Part shown: positions 21,701 to 29,940 of the stretch, in pieces
Position numbering within the stretch: position 1 is the stretch's first letter
Layout: each line of letters starts with the position of its first letter
Source: an uncultured Victivallales bacterium
GTDB taxonomy: Bacteria > Verrucomicrobiota > Kiritimatiellia > UBA8416
Direction: 5' to 3'
NCBI GenBank assembly: GCA_964609395.1
Contig: CAZSRU010000007.1
Span: forward strand, 47 to 64,046
DNA: 64,000 nucleotides
Made by a program: the position numbers and the translations under genes
The notes under the pieces: generated by a model
The model's input: only the letters and a program-made list of their open reading frames with translations
What the model was told of the DNA's origin: nothing
Database searches by the model: none

Positions 21701-23164
21701 TTACCGTTCCGCCAAGGCGGCCTGAGCCTCATCCACATCATTGAAGGGGGCCGAGACGCCCGCGATCTCCTGGTAGGTCTCATGCCCCTTGCCAGCAATC
21801 AGCACGGTGTCGCCCGCCCGGGCCGCCGCCACGGCGGCACGGATGGCCTCACGACGATCCACAACGACCTCGACGCTGCCCCTGTCGAGTCCTTCCAAAA
21901 TGTCGGCGATGATCGCTTCCGGTTCCTCGTGGCGGGGGTTGTCGGTGGTCACCCAGACGCGATCCGCCAGTGCCACCGCCACCGCTCCCATCTTGGCGCG
22001 CTTGGTGCGATCCCGGTTACCGCCGCAGCCGAAGACGACCATCAGCCGGCCTGCCGTCAGCGGGCGCAGGGCCGACAAGACATTGCGCAGGGCATCGTCG
22101 GTATGCGCGTAGTCCACGAACACGCTGAAGGGAACCTTTGCGGGCACCCGCTCCAGCCGCCCGCGGACCTTCGTCACCCCGGCAATGGCCTCCACTGCCG
22201 CCGCCGGCTCGCACCCCATCACCACGCCCATACCGAAGGCCGCCAGCGCATTGGCGATATTGTGCCGGCCGGGAATGCAGACGCGGGCGGGAAACGTTCC
22301 CCAGGGGGAAGCCAGGCTGAACTCGCTGCCGGCGGCGGAAAGCTGGACTTCCTCAGCCGCGATATCCATCCGGTCCTCCTCCAGCCCGTATTGCAACCGC
22401 TGGCAGCAGAGCGACTCGCCCATCAACCGCTGTCCCCAGGGGTCATCGCGGTTGATCACGGCGGTCGAGGCCGCCTCCAGCCCGCGGAACAGCAGCGCCT
22501 TGGCCTCGTAATAGGCCTCCATCGAGCCATGATAGTCAAGATGGTCGTGCGTCAGGTTGGTAAAGCCCGCCACCTTGAACGGGATCTCCGCCACGCGCTG
22601 CTGCACCAGCGCGTGCGACGAGACCTCCAGCACGGCACTGCGGCACCCGGTCGTCACCATCTGGCGCAGCAGGTTCTGCAGCGTCACGGCGTCCGGCGTC
22701 GTCCGGGGGGCCGCGATCACGCGCGAGCCGATCTCGTAGGCCACCGTGCCGATCAGCCCCGGCTCGAGCCCCGCGCGCTGTAGCACGGCCCGCAGCATCA
22801 TGGACACCGTGGTCTTGCCGTTCGTGCCGGTCACCCCGGCCACCAGCAAGGCGCGCGCCGGGTACCCGTTGAACGCCCCCGCCAGTTGCGCGGCGGCCAG
22901 CCGGGCATCCTTGACCGTGATCACCGCCGCCTCGAGGCGGCTGACGGGAGCACGCTCGCAGACCACGGCCACCGCGCCGCGCCGCACGGCGTCCTCCGCG
23001 TACTGCAGCCCATCGGTCGCCGTTCCCGGCACCGCCACGAAGACCCAGTCCGCCCGGACCTCGCGCGAGTACAGCGCGATGCCCTTGACCTCGGCATTCG
23101 CGGCCAGGCGGGCACACTCACCCCCGGTAATCTTCTTTACGTCTGACAACTGCATTTGCAACAC
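21701..23164 (-). CDS. murE: UDP-N-acetylmuramoyl-L-alanyl-D-glutamate--2,6-diaminopimelate ligase.
   Basis: AGVTGTNGKTT P-loop. The DNPR motif region (TTDNPRHEEPEAI) is typical of the meso-DAP-adding MurE. Confidence 0.9.
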   Translation of the reverse strand: MLQMQLSDVKKITGGECARLAANAEVKGIALYSREVRADWVFVAVPGTATDGLQYAEDAVRRGAVAVVCERAPVSRLEAAVITVKDARLAAAQLAGAFNGYPARALLVAGVTGTNGKTTVSMMLRAVLQRAGLEPGLIGTVAYEIGSRVIAAPRTTPDAVTLQNLLRQMVTTGCRSAVLEVSSHALVQQRVAEIPFKVAGFTNLTHDHLDYHGSMEAYYEAKALLFRGLEAASTAVINRDDPWGQRLMGESLCCQRLQYGLEEDRMDIAAEEVQLSAAGSEFSLASPWGTFPARVCIPGRHNIANALAAFGMGVVMGCEPAAAVEAIAGVTKVRGRLERVPAKVPFSVFVDYAHTDDALRNVLSALRPLTAGRLMVVFGCGGNRDRTKRAKMGAVAVALADRVWVTTDNPRHEEPEAIIADILEGLDRGSVEVVVDRREAIRAAVAAARAGDTVLIAGKGHETYQEIAGVSAPFNDVDEAQAALAER

Positions 23165-23166
23165 CC

Positions 23167-24924
23167 CTAATCCACACCACCGTGGAACGTACCCGCGCGG
23201 GCATTCTCCGCCTCGCGATTGGCCACACTGAGGACTTGGATACCGAGATACCGGCTGACCTCGCCGGCGATCGCACCGAAAGCCGGAGCCGCCACCTGCC
23301 CGCCGTAATAGAGCGGCTTGGGATTGTCCACCACCACGATAATGCCGATTTCCGGCTCTTCAACCGGCAGGAAGCCGACGAACGAGGCCACATAGTCGGT
23401 CGCGGAATAGCCGCCGGCGACCGGTTTCTGGGCCGTGCCGGTCTTGCCCGCCACGCGCATCTCGCCGATCCGGGCGCGCCGACCGGTGCCGCCATCTTCC
23501 GTGGCATCCGCCAGCAATTCACGCATCAGGGCCGCGGTCTCGGGCCGGATCACGCGCGCCACGATTTCCGGCCGCCCCTCGTGCACGACCTGCCCGTCGG
23601 CGTCGAGCACCCGTCGCACGACATAGGGCCGCATGCGGTAGCCGTCGTTGGCGATGGTGCAGAAAAGGCCCAGGATCTGCAGGCCGGTCGTGGCGATGCC
23701 CTGGCCGATCGGGATGCGCGTCGGACTGATGCCGTACCATTTCGATGGCGGATGGAAGATCCCCGCCTCCTCGCCGGGCAGATCGATCCCTGTCAAATCC
23801 CCGAAACCGAAGTCCCGCAGATACCGGTAAAGCCGCTCGTTGCCCAGCATCAAGGCGACTTTGGCCGTCAGGATGTTGCTCGACTTCTTGAGACCGTCGG
23901 CAACGGTCAGGTTACCGTATCCGTGCGTATCACGCAGCAGCTTGCCCTTGTAGTACCAGCCGCCGTTCTCGCAGTCGAAGAGTGTATCCTTGGTGACGAT
24001 CCCCTCGTTGAGCGCCGCCGCGAAGGTCGCCGCCTTGAGGGTCGAGCCCGGCTCGTAGTTGGTTCCGACCGCCCGGTTGAGGCGCACATCGGGCGGGGTC
24101 TCGTAGAAGCGGTTCAGGTCGAACGCCGGTCGCGACACCATCGCCAGGATCTCGCCGGTCTTGACCCGCTGGACGATGCTCCATGCCGCCGAGGCGTTGA
24201 ACTCCACCATCACCCCGTCGATGACCTTCTCGACAATATGCTGCACGTTGCGGTCGATCGTCAGTTCGACGCAATTGCCCTGCTTGCCAGGCTCGTAGCG
24301 CTCGCGGTCCAGGTACATTTCCTGGCGCAGCGCGTTCAGCCGGCCTTGCACCACGCCGGGCCGCCCCTTGAGCATCGGGTCGAACCGCTGTTCCACCCCG
24401 GCACTGCCGACGCCCTCGTAGTTGACAAAGCCGAGCACATGGCACATGAACGAGCCATACGGGTAATGCCGGACATTGGAATCCTGGAAGAAGATCCCCG
24501 GCAGGTGTGCCCCGGCGATCGACGCAACCAGATCCTCCTGCGCGAAGCGCTGCAGCCGCACATAGCGGCGAGACGACTGGTTGAGCTTTACCGCCACCTC
24601 GTCGACATCCATCGCCAGCGCTTCCGCCAGCCCGGAAGCCACGGCGGCCACGGCGTTGGAGGCCACCACGAGCGAGGGATCCGCGCAGACGTCCTTGACC
24701 GGCAGATCCAATGCCAGGATGTTGGCCGCGCCGCCGCGGTCGACGATCGAGCCGCGCCGCCCGCGCAGTTCCTCGTGGAACTGGCGCAACCGGTCGATCC
24801 GGTCCCGCCGTCCCTCGTGCGGCCCCAGATGCAAAAAGGCCAGGCGCACGCCCAGCCCTGTCACCAGCAGCAGATACACGACGGCACTGACGCCGAAACG
24901 CACAAACATGCGTCGATCATTCAT
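23167..24924 (-). CDS. ftsI: Penicillin-binding protein 3 / peptidoglycan D,D-transpeptidase FtsI.
   Basis: STLK (GSTLKAATFAAAL), SSN (KKSSNIL) and KTG (AGKTGTAQK) motifs. N-terminal membrane anchor. Position is after ftsL. Confidence 0.85.
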   Translation of the reverse strand: MNDRRMFVRFGVSAVVYLLLVTGLGVRLAFLHLGPHEGRRDRIDRLRQFHEELRGRRGSIVDRGGAANILALDLPVKDVCADPSLVVASNAVAAVASGLAEALAMDVDEVAVKLNQSSRRYVRLQRFAQEDLVASIAGAHLPGIFFQDSNVRHYPYGSFMCHVLGFVNYEGVGSAGVEQRFDPMLKGRPGVVQGRLNALRQEMYLDRERYEPGKQGNCVELTIDRNVQHIVEKVIDGVMVEFNASAAWSIVQRVKTGEILAMVSRPAFDLNRFYETPPDVRLNRAVGTNYEPGSTLKAATFAAALNEGIVTKDTLFDCENGGWYYKGKLLRDTHGYGNLTVADGLKKSSNILTAKVALMLGNERLYRYLRDFGFGDLTGIDLPGEEAGIFHPPSKWYGISPTRIPIGQGIATTGLQILGLFCTIANDGYRMRPYVVRRVLDADGQVVHEGRPEIVARVIRPETAALMRELLADATEDGGTGRRARIGEMRVAGKTGTAQKPVAGGYSATDYVASFVGFLPVEEPEIGIIVVVDNPKPLYYGGQVAAPAFGAIAGEVSRYLGIQVLSVANREAENARAGTFHGGVD

Positions 24925-25321
24925 GCCGCTCCATCCTGCCCAATCCGGCGTATTGACGCGTTTCCGCCATCAATCCGTCCGGCTCGTCGCCACCCGTCAA
25001 CAGGCCCGCGTCCGCCAGCAGCACGACCTGCTGTCCGGTGGGCCAGTCCATCTTGACACCGTTGCGCGCCAGGATCCGCTCCATGTTCTGGGGCGAACGC
25101 ATCCGGGTCCACTTCAATTCCTCGTTCAGGTAGCGCTCGGTCAGCTCCGCATCCGCACGTTCCAGCGCCTTGATCTCCGCCCCCATCGCCTCGCAGCGCG
25201 AAAGCATCCAAAGGTAGGCCAGCGCCGCCAGACCGGCAACGACCAGCAGCGAGGCGAAAGGCACCGGGAACAAATACCCGTCCACCCGTTTCTTACGATT
25301 CCGTTTACGTCGTGCTTTCAT
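24917..25321 (-). CDS. ftsL: FtsL-like cell-division protein (single TM + coiled coil). Start chosen at MKARRKRNRKK with SD GGGAGG.
   Basis: Small bitopic protein between rsmH and ftsI. It has a basic N-terminus, a TM helix LFPVPFASLLVVAGLAALAYL, then a heptad-rich segment. Confidence 0.5.
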   Translation of the reverse strand: MKARRKRNRKKRVDGYLFPVPFASLLVVAGLAALAYLWMLSRCEAMGAEIKALERADAELTERYLNEELKWTRMRSPQNMERILARNGVKMDWPTGQQVVLLADAGLLTGGDEPDGLMAETRQYAGLGRMERHE

Positions 25322-25397
25322 CAATATCCTCCCGTTTTGCGTGTCGCGTGTCGCGTGTCGATACCGCTGATTCGCAACACTCGACACCCCAATCGCG

Positions 25398-26327
25398 TCA
25401 CCCTGCCAACCGTTCCGCCACCCGGAGCCGCGACGAACGCGACCGCGCATTCGCCGCGCATTCGTCCGGGGACGGCTGGACCGCTTTACGCGTGATTCGC
25501 CGCACCGCCGGCAAGTCGCCCACCCAGCGTTCGCCGCCTGCCGCCTGCGCCTCCCAGCGTCCCTCGTGCTCCCTGAAAAACTGTTTCACGCAGCGATCCT
25601 CCAGGCTATGGAAACTGATCACCGCCATCCGCCCCCCCGTCTTCAGCAGTCGCAGCCCCGCCTGCAACCCCCGCCCGATCCCGTCAAGCTCACCGTTGAC
25701 CTCCATCCGCAACGCCTGGAAACTCTGCGTTGCCGGATGCTGCCGCCGTCCCCGGCGCCCCCCCTTCGCGTCCTCGATCAACGCGGCCAGCGCCCCGGTG
25801 GTCGCCAAGGGCTCCTGCTCCCGCCGCGCCACGATCCGCCGCGCGATCCGCCGCGCCTCACGCTCCTCTCCCAGCCGCCAGAGCAGCTCGCGCAGCTCGG
25901 TTTCCGGATAGGTGTTGACCACCACCGCCGCCGTCAACTCCTGCCCCTGGTCCATGCGCATGTCCAGCGGACCGTCCTGCATGAAACTGAACCCGCGCGC
26001 CGCCGTGTCCAACTGCTCGGACGACACCCCGAAATCCATCACCACGCCATCGACCGCATCCACCCCGGCCTCACCCAGCAACCGCGACATGTCGGCATAG
26101 TTGCCACGCAAGGCGCGGAACCTCTTCCCGAACCGCGCCAGCCGCTGCCCGCTGCGCTCCAGCGCGTCGGCGTCGCGGTCGATCCCGTAAAGCACCCCGC
26201 CCGGCCCCAGCCGCTCCAGCACCGCCTCGGCATGACCACCAGATCCCAACGTCCCGTCCACATACACGCCGTCTTCACGTACGCCCAGCAGTTCAACCGT
26301 CTCCTTGAGCAATACCGACTGATGCAT
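25398..26327 (-). CDS. rsmH: 16S rRNA (cytosine1402-N4)-methyltransferase RsmH (MraW).
   Basis: MHQSVLLKETVELLGVREDGVYVDGTLGSGGHAEAVL is the canonical RsmH N-terminus. Confidence 0.9.
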   Translation of the reverse strand: MHQSVLLKETVELLGVREDGVYVDGTLGSGGHAEAVLERLGPGGVLYGIDRDADALERSGQRLARFGKRFRALRGNYADMSRLLGEAGVDAVDGVVMDFGVSSEQLDTAARGFSFMQDGPLDMRMDQGQELTAAVVVNTYPETELRELLWRLGEEREARRIARRIVARREQEPLATTGALAALIEDAKGGRRGRRQHPATQSFQALRMEVNGELDGIGRGLQAGLRLLKTGGRMAVISFHSLEDRCVKQFFREHEGRWEAQAAGGERWVGDLPAVRRITRKAVQPSPDECAANARSRSSRLRVAERLAG

Positions 26328-26370
26328 GTATCCCCCTCACGCGCAGACTCGAGTAAGCCCCACCTCCCCG

Positions 26371-26802
26371 TCAGAAATCCACATATAGGCCGGCCTCGAC
26401 CAGCCTCGCCTGATCCACCTCGCCGCTGTCCACCAGATTGTCCGGATTCCAGAGCTGGAACTTGTCCATCGCCCCGATCATCTGGACCTGGTCGGTAATC
26501 CCCGCGAAACTCAACAACTTGTCCTTGATCCGCACCCGCCCCTGCGTGTCCCACGACACCAGGTCCGAGGCCGCCCCGAGCGTCCGGGTGAATTCCATCA
26601 CCTTGCGGTCCGCCATCGAATGCCGGCGGATCTTGTCCAGCTTGCGCGCCATTTCCGCCGCCGGCAGGACATTCAGGCAGCGCTCATGGAAGTCCGGCAG
26701 CACGAAAAGGCTCTTCGGGTCGCCAACCTGCGCCCGCCAGACCGCCGGAATCGTCAGCCGCTTCTTCGGATCAAGGGCATGCAGGAAATCGCCGACGAAC
26801 AT
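26371..26802 (-). CDS. mraZ: Transcriptional regulator MraZ. Start chosen at MFVGDFLHALDPKKR with SD GGAGG.
   Basis: MFVGDF...LDPKKRLTIP matches the MraZ N-terminal repeat. It is the first gene of the dcw cluster. Confidence 0.85.
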   Translation of the reverse strand: MFVGDFLHALDPKKRLTIPAVWRAQVGDPKSLFVLPDFHERCLNVLPAAEMARKLDKIRRHSMADRKVMEFTRTLGAASDLVSWDTQGRVRIKDKLLSFAGITDQVQMIGAMDKFQLWNPDNLVDSGEVDQARLVEAGLYVDF

Positions 26803-26867
26803 GCCGATGCCTCCGATATCCTCTACCAATGCTGGACTGTCTTGATCCACAACTATCACCCCATGCT

Positions 26868-26894
26868 TTGACACTTCTTGACACCATTTGACAC
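26868..26894 (-). promoter_or_regulatory. Three direct repeats of GTGTCAA (minus-strand sense) with exact 10-bp periodicity upstream of mraZ. Candidate MraZ operator/promoter region.
   Basis: Plus strand reads ttgacac at 26868, 26878 and 26888. MraZ is known to bind arrays of short direct repeats upstream of its own gene (established knowledge). A-tracts follow at 26925-26960. Confidence 0.45.
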
Positions 26895-27115
26895 TTCGCC
26901 CCACCAAACGTCAAGCGTTTTTCAAAAAAAAATAGACTACTGAAAAAAAAACGCTTGTTTGCCTGTCTTTTCACGTTGAAAATCCGGCTTGCACTGCACG
27001 CCTCATGCGATTACACTCACCCGGCAAATGACACTTAATTGGGGTTCTTTCAAGCAAAGGGTTTTGCAGGCGGGAACACCGGGCCGGTCAGATCAAGAGA
27101 GGGAGGAGCATCAAT

Positions 27116-28204
27116 ATGGCAGCCGTTGCAGCATGGAATCCATTCGAGGATTGGAAACACAGGGACATTGACTGGGTACGGGTCGATATCAGCAAGGAAG
27201 ACCTCCTGAAATTCACGCAGCGCAGCTACGTCAAGGGCTTTTTCCATGCGCTCGGTTTCCTGGCGATTCTGGCGGCCACGGGCGGCTTTGCCTGGTGGGC
27301 ATTCATGGAGCAGCGGTGGGTGCTCATGGTGTTGGCGCTCTACCTGCACGGCTTGGTGTACGGGCATTTCGGCGACGCGATCCACGAGTTGGACCATGGC
27401 ACCGTGTTCCCCGGTAAGTGGCTGAACCGCGTCTTCGTCACGCTCTACGGCTGGCTCGACTGGCCGTGGAACCCCCACCTGTACCGCATCAGCCACCTGA
27501 ACTACCACCACCGCTACACCCTGCATCAGGGCAGCGACGGGGAAGACACACCCAACTACGTGGAATTCAAATGGCGCAACGTTTACGACCTTTTTTTGAA
27601 TGTCCTCCACTGGAAGAGACTGTTCCATAACCTGGGCCGCCTTTTCACCCTCAAGCCCACCAGCTGGCGCGGGAGTGGATACCAGTTGGACACCTGGGAG
27701 CAGTTCGTCCTGCAGCGCGCCAGCGAGAAGGATCGCAAGGCAGTGCGCGACTTCGCGGTGTTCTTGCTCGTCAGCCACGTGCTGTTCGTTTCCGCCTGCC
27801 TCTACCTTGGCATCAGCGGCATCGTTCCCGGACTCTGGTTCCTGCCGGTGCTGATCACGTTCGCTCCCTTCTATGGGCCGTATTTCCACGGGGCGCTTTG
27901 CAGTACGCACCAGCACGCTGCCTGCGAAGCCAACCACCCGGATTTTCGCATCAGCTGCGGCTCCGCAAGGCTCGATCCATTGAGCTCGTTCCTGTACTGG
28001 CATATGGAGTACCACATCGAGCATCATATGTTCGCCGCTATCCCCTGCTACAACCTCAAGGCCTTCCGCGCCTTCGTGGAGGACCAGATGCCGCCGATGA
28101 AATGGTCGGTTCCACGTCTCAAATGGCTGCATGGGGTCTGCCGGACAAAATACGGGAGCTGGCAAAACTGGCGCGAAAACTTCGGACGCTGGAAAGGCGT
28201 CTGA
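27116..28204 (+). CDS. Membrane fatty-acid desaturase family protein.
   Basis: Three His boxes (HELDHG, HLNYHHRY, HIEHHMF) and hydrophobic segments. SD gagggagg is upstream. Confidence 0.8.
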   Translation: MAAVAAWNPFEDWKHRDIDWVRVDISKEDLLKFTQRSYVKGFFHALGFLAILAATGGFAWWAFMEQRWVLMVLALYLHGLVYGHFGDAIHELDHGTVFPGKWLNRVFVTLYGWLDWPWNPHLYRISHLNYHHRYTLHQGSDGEDTPNYVEFKWRNVYDLFLNVLHWKRLFHNLGRLFTLKPTSWRGSGYQLDTWEQFVLQRASEKDRKAVRDFAVFLLVSHVLFVSACLYLGISGIVPGLWFLPVLITFAPFYGPYFHGALCSTHQHAACEANHPDFRISCGSARLDPLSSFLYWHMEYHIEHHMFAAIPCYNLKAFRAFVEDQMPPMKWSVPRLKWLHGVCRTKYGSWQNWRENFGRWKGV

Positions 28205-28347
28205 TTGGGGTATGTGAGCAGGGACGATCCCAATTTGCCTTTTCATGCGCAACAGCTCGCGAGGACGCTCGCCCCCCATCTGAGTGGACAGCGCTTTATT
28301 GCCGTATGGGGTTGCTTCATCGACGCCTGTTCCGCTATCCTCTGACC

Positions 28348-29385
28348 ATGCGCGGAAAAACAGTAAACCAGGTTCGAATGGGCGTGCGATTGGCGACGGC
28401 ATGCTGCGCCCTGGCGTTGTTCCCGGCCTGCACCTCAGGCCAGGAATGGGAGGTCGACTGGGATGCCGTCACGCGTGCCGGAACGGCGGTTGCTCAAGGC
28501 ATCGAGAAAAGCCCGCTCGCAAAGCAGCTTGCCAGCATGTCCGGACAGGTCGAGCTGGACTGGGAATTGACCGGACGGCTGATCGAACAGGTGCTGGACG
28601 AGACGTCGTGGGAACAAGTGGTGGCCCTGCGCCCTTATGCCGAGCTGGCATTGCAACGGCTGACGCAGATCGAGGGCGGCGACCTGCTCGCCGTATGGTT
28701 CCGCCAGCGCCTTGAGTATCTGCAGGTGGCGGAAGAGTACACGAAACCGCTCCCGCCGCCCACACCGCCCCTGCCACCGCCACCACCCAAGCGCCCCGGC
28801 ACGGAGCCTCCCCGTCCGACGACGCCAACCGTGCGCCCGCCGGTTCCCCGGAAACACAAGGTGAACCTGGAGCAGGACATGAAGACGTGGACGGCGCGCC
28901 TGCCGGCGAGCCCGGTCCCGCTGGCGGAAAAGCTGGCTCCCGATCTGAAGTCGATTTTCAAGGCGGAAGGCGTACCCGGCGAGCTGATCTGGCTGGCCGA
29001 GGTTGAATCCGCGTTCAACCCGAAAGCGAAAAGCCCGGTTGGCGCGGTCGGGCTTTACCAGTTCATGCCAGCCACAGCCGCGCGTTTCGGGCTGGAGACC
29101 GCCCCCGTGGATCAGCGCACCGACCCGCAACAAAGCGCCACGGCGGCAGCCCGCTATCTGCGCCTGCTGCACAGGCGGTTTGCAGACTGGCCGCTCGCCG
29201 TGGCGGCCTACAATGCCGGCGAGGGCCGAGTGGGGCAGACGCTGAAAAAACACAACGGACGGCGGTTCGAGGACATTGCCGACGCCCTGCCGATCGAGAC
29301 CCGAATGTATGTGCCCCGCGTCGCCGCGGTGATCCTGCGCCGCGAGGGCGCGGACCTGCGGCAGTTGCCCCCACCCACCCGCTAA
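28348..29385 (+). CDS. Lytic transglycosylase (SLT-domain) lipoprotein. Start chosen at MRGKTVNQ; the ORF-track N-terminal extension overlaps repeat sequence.
   Basis: LIWLAEVESAFNPKAKSPVGAVGLYQFMPATAARFGL and AAYNAGEGRV (SLT catalytic region). Signal/lipobox LALFPAC. A Pro-rich linker is present. Confidence 0.7.
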   Translation: MRGKTVNQVRMGVRLATACCALALFPACTSGQEWEVDWDAVTRAGTAVAQGIEKSPLAKQLASMSGQVELDWELTGRLIEQVLDETSWEQVVALRPYAELALQRLTQIEGGDLLAVWFRQRLEYLQVAEEYTKPLPPPTPPLPPPPPKRPGTEPPRPTTPTVRPPVPRKHKVNLEQDMKTWTARLPASPVPLAEKLAPDLKSIFKAEGVPGELIWLAEVESAFNPKAKSPVGAVGLYQFMPATAARFGLETAPVDQRTDPQQSATAAARYLRLLHRRFADWPLAVAAYNAGEGRVGQTLKKHNGRRFEDIADALPIETRMYVPRVAAVILRREGADLRQLPPPTR

Positions 29386-29400
29386 CCCGAAAACGCGGGG

Positions 29401-29430
29401 TTGACGGGCGGAGGGAGTGTTTATACAATT
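29401..29430 (+). promoter_or_regulatory. Sigma-70-like promoter: TTGACG - 17 nt - TACAAT.
   Basis: ttgacgggcggagggagtgtttatacaat read directly, ~35 nt upstream of the ATG at 29467. Confidence 0.4.
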
Positions 29431-29466
29431 CAATACGGTTTGAATGCTGGAGGCCGGGTGAAGTGT

Positions 29467-29940
29467 ATGCATAACGTGGTTGAAAAGTGTATTTCCGATG
29501 CGGGGAATCTGGCGCAGGCCTTCGGGTTGGGCCGGGTGGTCGGACAGATCTATGCCTTCCTCTATTTCTCGCCGGTGCCCTGCGGGTTGTCCGATATGCA
29601 GCAGGCGCTCGGCATCAGCAAGGGCAGCGCCAGCACGTGCGTGCGCCAGCTCGAACAGTGGGGCGCGGTGAACAAGGTCTGGGTCAAGGGCGACCGCCGC
29701 GATTACTACTCTGCCAATGACTGGTTCGGCAAGGTGCTCAAGAATGTGCTGACGGATGTCATCGCGGGCCGCTTTGCCGGCCGCGATACGTTCTATGATG
29801 AGTTGGAGCAGGATCTGGCGGCGGACGGCAATGGCGAGGGAACCGACTTCATCCGCGGGCGCCTGGCGCATATCCGCCAGTTCGAGGACAAGGCGAAGAA
29901 GACCTGGGGAAACCCGTTCCTCCAGCATTTCCTGAAATGA
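29467..29940 (+). CDS. Winged-helix transcriptional regulator, GbsR/MarR-like.
   Basis: IYAFLYFSPVPCGLSDMQQALGISKGSASTCVRQLEQWGAVNKVWVKGDRRDYYSA fits an HTH-wing pattern. Its stop abuts the cyclase gene stop. Confidence 0.5.
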   Translation: MHNVVEKCISDAGNLAQAFGLGRVVGQIYAFLYFSPVPCGLSDMQQALGISKGSASTCVRQLEQWGAVNKVWVKGDRRDYYSANDWFGKVLKNVLTDVIAGRFAGRDTFYDELEQDLAADGNGEGTDFIRGRLAHIRQFEDKAKKTWGNPFLQHFLK

